From IMG/VR virus record IMGVR_UViG_3300021963_000022: 64,000 nucleotides of DNA. One strand, 5' to 3'. The position numbers and the translations under genes are program-made. Below, piece by piece: positions 48,804 through 56,345 of this stretch (position 1 is the first letter of the stretch; the number at the start of each line of letters is the position of its first letter). This DNA comes from a virus. Lineage: Duplodnaviria; Caudoviricetes. The notes beneath the pieces were generated by a model. It did no database searches. It saw only the letters and a program-made list of their open reading frames with translations, and was not told the origin of the DNA.

Positions 48804-51500
48804 ATGCTACGAGATGTGTTTTATTACGGGGACAAACCCAATGTACATCCCCGAGAACGTTACGCCAAAGACTTTGATACAGCTAAACAACTAGCTACAA
48901 CTGAACACTTTTGGATTGTTAACGAGTTCTGTGATTACAAAAATATTGATTGGGATTTTGATTTTGAATTCTTACCCGATGAAGATGTATGGGCAACAGA
49001 CCATATCAATATCTGGCCTAGTCAATGGCAGAGTGATAGTGGTACATGGTTATGCTCAGTAAAAGCTGACAATGTAAAAATATATCGCACAGACGTAGAA
49101 CCTGTACATAGAAAAAACGTCATTTCAAGACACTGGGTGAATACTGAAAAGTTTGATACTACTCAGTTTGACTATAGCTGGCATCCTGATCCCGATGAAC
49201 CACCGTTCATATTTCAATTTGGCACTCAATGGGCAAAAACACATGGTCCTAAATACGTATCAGATGGTGCAACTAATATTAAGTATATAACTGAGCCTAA
49301 TGCTAAAATTAAAGCAGATATGACACATTGGGAAAATGCTGTAATTAAAGATTTTGATTATAGCTGGCATCCAGACGCAACTAGTCCACCGTACATATAT
49401 CAGTTTAATACGTTGCTTGATCTAGACCCCGGCCCTAGATATGTTGTACCGGGTCATAATAATAAAGTAGTTAACATTGACCGTGATATAAGCAGTCTTA
49501 ATTTCCCGGTATACTATATTCAATCATCATTAGATGAGTTGATTGAACAGCACCCTGATGAAGTCTTCTGGGCATTGCGTGATAACATTGACTATGATAA
49601 GTTTGATTTTACATGGCGTCCGACTATTGCTAACTTTAAGTATATAAATGTGTTTGGTTCTACTGATAGTGAATCGACACAAAGTTACTTTGTCAATACT
49701 AAAATGATAAAGAAAGGATACAAAGATTTTAACTATATTGAGAACAAACAGTTAGATGATGAGTATCTCGCTAGGTTGTTTAAACCAATTGATATGTTCT
49801 ACATTGATAGAGGAAACCCGCAATCACAAACACAATTTAATGCACTTAAAGAACGTTTCCCTAATATTAAAAAGACACGTTACATAGGATCATGGACTGA
49901 TACTATTGCAAGATGTATTAATCATTGTAGCACAGAACTATTTTGGGTATTGAATAGCGAACTAGATTACAGCGAGTTTGACTTCATATATTATCCTAAT
50001 CCATGGCAAATGCGAATGATACATATATTTGGAACACAATGGACTCATTGGGGTAACACATATGTTATTAATAAAGAACTCTTTTTAGAGAGTACAAAGT
50101 ATGTTAAGGTCATTGAACATTTAAACGGTCTTAACTTTGTAAAAACTAAACGGGCTAAAGCATCAAATGTATTATATGATATTGTTTACATTGACCATGG
50201 CAATACTGATATGTCACACTTAGTAGAGCAGGGTAAGATAGTTGTTAAGTATAGAAATAGTTATATTGACACATTCAAAGACTTGTTACCGTTGCTCCCT
50301 GAAAAGAAAGAACATTATGTTTGGGTAGCTAGTTCTATATGTGATTACAGTTCATTTGATTTCACATACATATGTGATCCTTTTACTAGAGAACAACTAC
50401 ATGTATTCCCTAGTGATAGTCAGAAGTTTGGTGATACGTTCTTAATCAATGTTAATAAACTGCGTGAAGTTATTAATGATGTAGAGTTACTTGAAGATAC
50501 TGAAGTAAATTATAACAAGCAACAGCAAGTATCTAGATTACCTGCACCAACATTCACTAATACAGATTCACATGCAAATAGTATTAATGTTGACTATAAC
50601 TTTCCCTATGCTGTGTTTATGACTGCTGATAACATTGTAGAGTACAAAGATACTGAAACAATCAATCTATGGAGTAATAAAGATAAGAACATATTGATTA
50701 CACACGAAGGCGGGACACGCATCATTGTACCCAAAGAAGCTAGTAAAACAGTTACTAATGAATTGTATGAATATCCATATATAAAAACTATATCAAAGAC
50801 TAATACTAGTAAGCCATTAGATATTGTATTCTTTAGTAACGGTGAAACTGTTGCCGATCAAAACTATGAACATCTGTTGAATGTTACTAAAGGTATGCCC
50901 AACAATGTTAAACGCATTGATAAAGTATCTGGTCGTGTAGCTAGTCAACATGCGGCAGCTAACATATCAGATACTAATTGGTATTTTCTTGTTAATGCTA
51001 AGTTGAAAGTGTCAGATAAATTTGATTGGCAATGGCAACCTGATAGATTACAAGAACCAAAACATTATATATTCAACGCATTGAACCCAGTTAATCAATT
51101 AGAGTACGGTCATATGGCTATTGTTGCTAACAACAAGAAACTTACATTGAATACAGAAGTAAATGGGTTAGACTTTACTTTGGCTAGTAAGCATCAGTCG
51201 CTAAATATTCTGTCAGGTGTTGCTCTGTTCAATACTAGTGAGTTAGAAACATGGCGTACCGCATTCCGTGAGACACTAAAGATTAAAGACAGTGTAGTAA
51301 AGAACAATGACACCGCAAGCAAATATAGATTGCGTAATTGGTTAAACGTTGCAGAGGGCGATTATGCCCAAACATGTATACAAGGTGCTAATGATGCTGT
51401 AAAGTATTATGAATCAGTAGATGGTAACATGGACAAGTTAATGCTCAGTTATGATTGGGCATGGTTGAGTGAATATTATAAACAGCTTTATGGAAAATAA
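48804..51500 (+). CDS. Multi-repeat GT-A-like protein
   Basis: About five tandem degenerate domains related to the 41947-42912 domain; last has YGHMA and TWRTAFRE; TAAGTA 5 nt before the ATG. Confidence 0.6.
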   Translation: MLRDVFYYGDKPNVHPRERYAKDFDTAKQLATTEHFWIVNEFCDYKNIDWDFDFEFLPDEDVWATDHINIWPSQWQSDSGTWLCSVKADNVKIYRTDVEPVHRKNVISRHWVNTEKFDTTQFDYSWHPDPDEPPFIFQFGTQWAKTHGPKYVSDGATNIKYITEPNAKIKADMTHWENAVIKDFDYSWHPDATSPPYIYQFNTLLDLDPGPRYVVPGHNNKVVNIDRDISSLNFPVYYIQSSLDELIEQHPDEVFWALRDNIDYDKFDFTWRPTIANFKYINVFGSTDSESTQSYFVNTKMIKKGYKDFNYIENKQLDDEYLARLFKPIDMFYIDRGNPQSQTQFNALKERFPNIKKTRYIGSWTDTIARCINHCSTELFWVLNSELDYSEFDFIYYPNPWQMRMIHIFGTQWTHWGNTYVINKELFLESTKYVKVIEHLNGLNFVKTKRAKASNVLYDIVYIDHGNTDMSHLVEQGKIVVKYRNSYIDTFKDLLPLLPEKKEHYVWVASSICDYSSFDFTYICDPFTREQLHVFPSDSQKFGDTFLINVNKLREVINDVELLEDTEVNYNKQQQVSRLPAPTFTNTDSHANSINVDYNFPYAVFMTADNIVEYKDTETINLWSNKDKNILITHEGGTRIIVPKEASKTVTNELYEYPYIKTISKTNTSKPLDIVFFSNGETVADQNYEHLLNVTKGMPNNVKRIDKVSGRVASQHAAANISDTNWYFLVNAKLKVSDKFDWQWQPDRLQEPKHYIFNALNPVNQLEYGHMAIVANNKKLTLNTEVNGLDFTLASKHQSLNILSGVALFNTSELETWRTAFRETLKIKDSVVKNNDTASKYRLRNWLNVAEGDYAQTCIQGANDAVKYYESVDGNMDKLMLSYDWAWLSEYYKQLYGK

Positions 51501-51502
51501 GA

Positions 51503-52111
51503 ATGCCGTATAAAACAGATATATTGGGATGGATGGTTGAGTCCGAGTTAAAAGTCTTAGAGACTATTGCAAAACAAGTTCCTGTCAATGGAAATATTGT
51601 AGAAGTAGGATCAATGTTTGGTAGAAGTGCTGTTTGCTTTGCAATGTCAGCAGATCCCAGTGTTACCATCAATTGTATTGACTATTTTCCTACTGATATG
51701 AGACAACAGCATGGTTGTTCAGATGAGGATTCAATTAAAAACAGTTTCCCTATTGCTGATAAACTGTATAATGTTGAGCAAGACTTTATAGAGAATACCA
51801 AAGAGTTTAAGAATATCAATATGATAAAGGGTGATAGTCCGCATATATTAGTATATACTCCTGATCCTATTGATTTGTTTTTCTTAGATGCAGGGCATGC
51901 CAATCCTAATGATTGGGACAATTTATGTCACTTCATACCCTATATGAAATTGAATGGTATTATTGCAGGACATGATTATCACCCTACACAGTTCCCTGAT
52001 GTATGTGAGAATGTTAGACGATTAGAAGAATTATTTGATATTAAAGCGGAATTATATCCCGGCTCAAGTATTTGGTCTATAAAAGTGACTAAATTAATAA
52101 ATAAAGTATGA
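51503..52111 (+). CDS. Class I SAM-dependent methyltransferase (Methyltransf_24-like)
   Basis: IVEVGSMFGRSA, IDLFFLDAGH, IAGHDY. Confidence 0.85.
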   Translation: MPYKTDILGWMVESELKVLETIAKQVPVNGNIVEVGSMFGRSAVCFAMSADPSVTINCIDYFPTDMRQQHGCSDEDSIKNSFPIADKLYNVEQDFIENTKEFKNINMIKGDSPHILVYTPDPIDLFFLDAGHANPNDWDNLCHFIPYMKLNGIIAGHDYHPTQFPDVCENVRRLEELFDIKAELYPGSSIWSIKVTKLINKV

Positions 52112-52203
52112 AAACTTTTGTTTTGTTAGTTATAGGAGTCTGTATTGCTGTATGTATATACTGGCTAATGGACTGGCAAAGTCACCATGAAGATGGTGAG
52201 TAA
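52108..52203 (+). CDS. Putative single-TM peptide (31 aa)
   Basis: MKTFVLLVIGVCIAVCIYWLMDWQSHHEDGE; TAAATA at 52098-52103 just upstream; overlaps the tmRNA acceptor region. Confidence 0.5.
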   Translation: MKTFVLLVIGVCIAVCIYWLMDWQSHHEDGE

Positions 52204-52552
52204 AGTTATTGCTGTACGAAGCAAAGAGAAAAGTGTCTTGGAAGGGGGTGCGAATCCCCCCAGGTCCACCATAAGGAAGTTTATGAATATTGAATGGTAT
52301 CACGTATTGTTATGTTTAGCAGTTCCGCTAAACTACTTTTACTGGATAGTATTACATAGATTCTTTATGAAGGGCCTGATATAGATTCGACAGGGCAACA
52401 AGTAAATTAGTGGACAGCTCGGCAAAGCAGAAGCCGTTAGGGTTGGGGGAACTCGGCCGTAGAAGCAAAAAAGTAATCGCAAACGATTCACAATTCCTAT
52501 TGGCAGCAAACGCCTAATAGCGAGGTAGTTATACCTTGTAACCAAAAATAGC
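52182..52552 (+). ncRNA. ssrA: Circularly permuted (two-piece) tmRNA
   Basis: T-arm GGGGG-TGCGAAT-CCCCC plus CAGGTCC-ACCA (ends 52271) lies upstream of 5' acceptor strand GGGCCTG-ATATAGATTCGAC (starts 52372), with a G3-U70 pair. Resume codon GCA at 52479 gives ANDSQFLLAANA*. Outer ends approximate. Confidence 0.9.
52283..52384 (+). CDS. Hydrophobic 33-aa ORF inside the tmRNA intervening sequence
   Basis: AAGGAAG RBS then MNIEWYHVLLCLAVPLNYFYWIVLHRFFMKGLI*. Confidence 0.5.
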   Translation: MNIEWYHVLLCLAVPLNYFYWIVLHRFFMKGLI

Positions 52553-52576
52553 ATAGGGACTTCGGTCCCTATTTTT
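52553..52576 (+). terminator. Intrinsic terminator after tmRNA, probably bidirectional
   Basis: ATAGGGAC-TTCG-GTCCCTAT-TTTT with AAAAA upstream. Confidence 0.85.
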
Positions 52577-52688
52577 CTGGGTATTGCCATGTCCAAGTAC
52601 CGTCTTTTCTGTATAAGCGTTTTCTTCCTGTGACGGTAGCAGATAATTTTCCTGCGCTTTTTCTTCCATTTTCGGCAGCAGTAGGCAA
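52569..52688 (-). pseudogene. Probable C-terminal remnant of a homing-endonuclease-like gene
   Basis: LPTAAENGRKSAGKLSATVTGRKRLYRKDGTWTWQYPEK*; no RBS, in-frame stop just upstream; resemblance recalled from memory only. Confidence 0.4.
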
Positions 52689-52721
52689 AGAGGATTATGA
52701 AACAATTTAATTGTTTCACGG

Positions 52722-52745
52722 AAAGGTCACTAAGGTGACCTTTTA
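52722..52745 (+). terminator. Intrinsic terminator-like hairpin
   Basis: AAAGGTCAC-TAAG-GTGACCTTT followed by TATTTT. Confidence 0.65.
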
Positions 52746-52747
52746 TT

Positions 52748-52776
52748 TTGGCTTTAACTACACAATGATATATAAT
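52748..52776 (+). promoter_or_regulatory. Sigma70-type promoter TTGGCT-17-TATAAT, leaderless start at 52783
   Basis: -35 at 52748-52753, -10 at 52771-52776, ATG 6 nt downstream. Confidence 0.7.
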
Positions 52777-52782
52777 CATACT

Positions 52783-53085
52783 ATGAGCAATGAACTAGCA
52801 AAATATATAAATTCTCGTCGCCGTTTCCGTGATGAAACTGCAGTCAAAAAACAAGTTAAGATTGCAAAAGCGCATGGTCTTACTAATAAAGATAAAGCTA
52901 TAAAAGAACCACATCGTTTAGCTAAACATCATGCAATGGATTGTGGTCAACCAGGATGTATGCTTTGCGGTAACCCTCGCAAAACACATAAAGATAAACT
53001 AACTGCACAAGAAAAACGTATGTATCAGGATGTAGATAAAACTAACGATAAACATAGCAATGGAATTAAACCGGAAGATATATGA
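52783..53085 (+). CDS. Basic Cys/His-containing hypothetical protein
   Basis: HRLAKHHAMDCGQPGCMLCGNPRK; start set at 52783 from promoter spacing. Confidence 0.75.
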   Translation: MSNELAKYINSRRRFRDETAVKKQVKIAKAHGLTNKDKAIKEPHRLAKHHAMDCGQPGCMLCGNPRKTHKDKLTAQEKRMYQDVDKTNDKHSNGIKPEDI

Positions 53086-53477
53086 CAACAGTATTTGTTA
53101 ACGGAACATTTGACATTCTTCATTTAGGTCATATCGGCCTACTTGAACACGCTAAAAGCTTAGGTGATGAACTTATTGTCGGTATCGATAGTGATGCTAG
53201 AGTAAAAGTATTGAAGGGTGAAAATAGACCCATCAATACTGAAAGAGAACGAGGATTAATGCTACTTGCAACCAAGTATGTAGACAAGGTATTTGTATTT
53301 GATACAGATGTAGAACTAACTGAATTAGTTAGTACATGTGATATTATGGTTAAAGGCAGTGATTATGTAGGTAAACGTATCATTGGTAGCGAAGTATGCC
53401 CTCAGCTTGTATTTTTTGATCGAATAGATGAATACTCAACCACACAAAAAATTCAAAATATTATTGATCGGGGATAA
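53082..53477 (+). CDS. Heptose-1-phosphate nucleotidyltransferase (HldE/RfaE domain II, HldC-like)
   Basis: NGTFDILHLGH, VGIDSD...KGENRPIN, KGSDY, STT. Confidence 0.85.
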   Translation: MTTVFVNGTFDILHLGHIGLLEHAKSLGDELIVGIDSDARVKVLKGENRPINTERERGLMLLATKYVDKVFVFDTDVELTELVSTCDIMVKGSDYVGKRIIGSEVCPQLVFFDRIDEYSTTQKIQNIIDRG

Positions 53478-54192
53478 TTGTTTAGATGTATATCAATTTG
53501 GAATAGTTGATAGACTAAGCCCCGAAGCTCCTGTACCTATATTTGTTCCTCTTTACAAAGAAGAACGCAGTGGTATGGTTGGCAACGTATATAACAACTT
53601 AGTTAACTTAGATTGTGACGTAACATTATATTCAGGTAGCACAAGTGTTAAGACCAGAATGATTGATGCTAGAAGCAAACAACAAATCATTCGGGTAGAT
53701 AATGATATAATATCTGAACCATTGACGATTGATGATATCAATATTGAGCATGATGCTATTGTAATCAGTGACTACAATAAAGGGTTAGTATCATATGAAT
53801 TGATTGAAAACATATTAGCAGTAGCTAAATGCCCCGTGTTCATTGATACTAAATTAACTGATTTAGAACGTATGCAAGGTGCATGGGTTAAAATTAACAA
53901 CCTAGAATACAGTAGGATTAAAAGTGAATGTTCAGGTCTAATCGTAACTAATGGTGCACGTGGTGCTAGTGTAATATATCACGATATACAATGTCCTGCT
54001 ACTAAAGTAGAAGTTGTTGACGTTACTGGTGCGGGAGATACTTTCTTATCAGCATTAACATATCAATATCTAGTTACTAAAGATATAAAATCAGCAGTTG
54101 AATTTGCCATCAATGCATCAAGTATAACTGTACAACACTTGGGCGTTTATGCACCAACACTAAATGAAATAGAAATAGAGGGACTTAGATGA
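53428..54192 (+). CDS. PfkB-family heptose-7-phosphate kinase (HldE/RfaE domain I, HldA-like)
   Basis: RLSPEAPVP, KTR...QQIIRVD, SDYNKG, DVTGAGDT. Confidence 0.85.
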   Translation: MNTQPHKKFKILLIGDNCLDVYQFGIVDRLSPEAPVPIFVPLYKEERSGMVGNVYNNLVNLDCDVTLYSGSTSVKTRMIDARSKQQIIRVDNDIISEPLTIDDINIEHDAIVISDYNKGLVSYELIENILAVAKCPVFIDTKLTDLERMQGAWVKINNLEYSRIKSECSGLIVTNGARGASVIYHDIQCPATKVEVVDVTGAGDTFLSALTYQYLVTKDIKSAVEFAINASSITVQHLGVYAPTLNEIEIEGLR

Positions 54193-54545
54193 GATTAGAA
54201 GGGTTTGTAGAAAAAGGTTGGGGACATGAATTTATCTTTGCTACTAATGATAAGTATTGCGGTAAAATTCTATCCTTCAATAAAGATGCAAAATTCAGTA
54301 TGCATTTTCATGGTGAAAAAGATGAAACATGGTATGTGTTAACTGGGGAATTTATCGTAAGACACATTGATACTACTAATGCAGAAATTAATGAAACAAA
54401 GTTAACTACAGGGGATACATGGCGTAATCTTCCTTTATTCCCACATCAAATTATATGCATAGAAGAAGGTGTTATAGTTGAAGTTAGTACACCGGATAGT
54501 GTAGAAGATAATTACAGAGTCATGCCCGGAGATAGTCAAAAATGA
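54189..54545 (+). CDS. Cupin-fold sugar isomerase-like protein
   Basis: KGWGHE, SMHFHGEKDETW, PH, EVSTPD...DNYR. Confidence 0.75.
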   Translation: MRLEGFVEKGWGHEFIFATNDKYCGKILSFNKDAKFSMHFHGEKDETWYVLTGEFIVRHIDTTNAEINETKLTTGDTWRNLPLFPHQIICIEEGVIVEVSTPDSVEDNYRVMPGDSQK

Positions 54546-54835
54546 AATACATAGTAGATATAGATGGTACAATATGTACTGTAACCAACGGTGATTATTC
54601 AAACGCGGAGCCTTATCTATCACGCATAGCACATTTTAATATGTTATATGATGCGGGAAATGAGATACATTATTGGACAGCACGTGGTGCTAATACTGGA
54701 AAGAATTGGGATGATATTACATTAATGCAGTTAGCCGATTGGGGCGCAAAATACACCACTGCTAAAACAGGTAAGCCTGCATATGATATATGGATTGATG
54801 ATAAAGCATTTAACATAGGAACATATTTCAAATGA
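54542..54835 (+). CDS. Small HAD phosphatase (capsule-biosynthesis EcbF/BcbF-like)
   Basis: VDIDGTIC, WTARG, KP..D..IDDKA. Confidence 0.8.
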   Translation: MKYIVDIDGTICTVTNGDYSNAEPYLSRIAHFNMLYDAGNEIHYWTARGANTGKNWDDITLMQLADWGAKYTTAKTGKPAYDIWIDDKAFNIGTYFK

Positions 54836-55584
54836 AAATATTATTAACAGGATATAAAGGATTCATTGGCTCTAACATGCTCAAAATGTTAGACGGTCAT
54901 GAAGTTGTAACATATAACTGGGGTGATGCATTACCTTCAGTTGCAGGATTAGATTGGGTCGTCCACATGGGCGCTATCAGTAGCACTATTGAACGCAACA
55001 TTGAAAAGATTATGTTACAGAATTACGATTTTAGCTGTTGGCTATTGAATGAGTGCATTGCAAACAACGTAAACTTTCAGTATAGTAGTTCAGCAAGCAT
55101 ATATGGATTGAGTACAGAGTTTGTTGAAACTAGTCCAGTCGATCCTCGCACACCTTATGCTTGGACAAAGTACTTGTTTGAACGTTTTGCTAATAGAGAA
55201 TGCAATATACGTATACAGGGTTTTAGATACTTCAATGTGTATGGTTCAGGTGAAGAAGAAAAGGGAGATCAAGCTAGTCCTTTCTATAAGTTTAAAAAAC
55301 AAGCAGAAGAAAACGGATTTGTTAAATTATTTGAAAACAGTCAGCACTATAGACGAGACTTTGTCCCAGTAAAACAAGTATGTCAAACACATATTGATTT
55401 CTTTAATGTAAAAGAATCAGGTGTATGGAACGTAGGTACAGGAACACCTATGAGTTTTTATGATGTCGCTAAACAATTTACTGATAACATCATAGAGATA
55501 CCCTTACCTGATATACTAAAAGATAGTTATCAAGAATTCACATGTGCAGATATGACTAAAACCAATACATCATTGGGTAGATAA
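54832..55584 (+). CDS. hldD: ADP-L-glycero-D-manno-heptose 6-epimerase-like SDR
   Basis: TGYKGFIG, HMGAISST, QYSSSASIYG, YAWTK, FRYFNVYG, RRDFV. Confidence 0.8.
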   Translation: MKILLTGYKGFIGSNMLKMLDGHEVVTYNWGDALPSVAGLDWVVHMGAISSTIERNIEKIMLQNYDFSCWLLNECIANNVNFQYSSSASIYGLSTEFVETSPVDPRTPYAWTKYLFERFANRECNIRIQGFRYFNVYGSGEEEKGDQASPFYKFKKQAEENGFVKLFENSQHYRRDFVPVKQVCQTHIDFFNVKESGVWNVGTGTPMSFYDVAKQFTDNIIEIPLPDILKDSYQEFTCADMTKTNTSLGR

Positions 55585-55838
55585 TGTCAATCACTACATC
55601 ATTAGATTGGGAAAAAGAGAGTGACAGGCTTATGAATTTTATGTCTAGTTCCGGTTACAACCCTGATCTTAAAAAAGTGTACAATAACATTAATGGTATG
55701 ATAACTGACTTGAGCAAACTAGAGGTTGAAGCACGTAGAACGCACAACAACCTCAAAGTAGAAGAATGTTTAATAAAAATTAATGAAGCAATTGATAGAT
55801 TAGAAAAATTACTATTGATTGCTAAATTAATTAGCTAG
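55584..55838 (+). CDS. Hypothetical coiled-coil protein
   Basis: TAATG overlap with the upstream gene; 84 aa. Confidence 0.65.
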   Translation: MSITTSLDWEKESDRLMNFMSSSGYNPDLKKVYNNINGMITDLSKLEVEARRTHNNLKVEECLIKINEAIDRLEKLLLIAKLIS

Positions 55839-56330
55839 TGGATCAATAGGCCAAGTAACGTTTTCACTTGGTGTATCTTTTGGATACGTATTAGTTAAAT
55901 CCCTAAGCTGTTGTTTATATGTTAACACAGCCATATATTGTTCATCTGTTAGTTTATGAGGAATATTCAGTAATGTTTCTTCTTGGTGTCTTTGTACTAT
56001 CCAGTCTAATTCGTATAATTTTTGAACCCTACTCATTTCTAAAGTAATTACAGGAACCGCAGCCTGAATCAGTTGTTCTAAGATAGGGATTAAACGCTGT
56101 TTGTTTTCAACAAACCAATTAATTTCCTCTAATTCTTGACCCGCAAACCCCTCTGGACCAACACGCTCTACATGATAAATATTTCTATCAGGTTCGTAGG
56201 ATAGTAAGAGGGTAGAATCAGCATAGGGATAATTAGTATCAGCAATAAATTTTGCTGAATTATCCCAATGATATTCTTTATTTTCAAACTTTATATAAAA
56301 ATGAGAGTTATAAAAGTTTAGGCTAGCCAT
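55827..56330 (-). CDS. Tail fibre assembly chaperone-like protein
   Basis: C-terminal DWIVQRH...YKQQLRDLT...VTWP; downstream of the fibre genes; start set at MASL (56330). Confidence 0.7.
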   Translation of the reverse strand: MASLNFYNSHFYIKFENKEYHWDNSAKFIADTNYPYADSTLLLSYEPDRNIYHVERVGPEGFAGQELEEINWFVENKQRLIPILEQLIQAAVPVITLEMSRVQKLYELDWIVQRHQEETLLNIPHKLTDEQYMAVLTYKQQLRDLTNTYPKDTPSENVTWPIDPLAN

Positions 56331-56345
56331 ATTGTTAATCATCAT

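Noticed and set aside
52241-52271. Possible tRNA gene
   Set aside because: No D or anticodon arm upstream; the pairing partner is downstream, as in a permuted tmRNA.
52187-52282. Upstream extension of the 65-aa ORF 52187-52384
   Set aside because: It runs through the tmRNA T-arm and CCA; only the RBS-preceded part from 52283 is kept.
52577-52700. CsrB/RsmZ-like sRNA on the minus strand (several GGA motifs)
   Set aside because: Only about four motifs, not consistently in loops, and explained by Gly-Arg-Lys codons of the relic ORF.
52339-52779. 146-aa minus-strand ORF
   Set aside because: Antisense to the tmRNA, terminators and promoter; no plausible start context.
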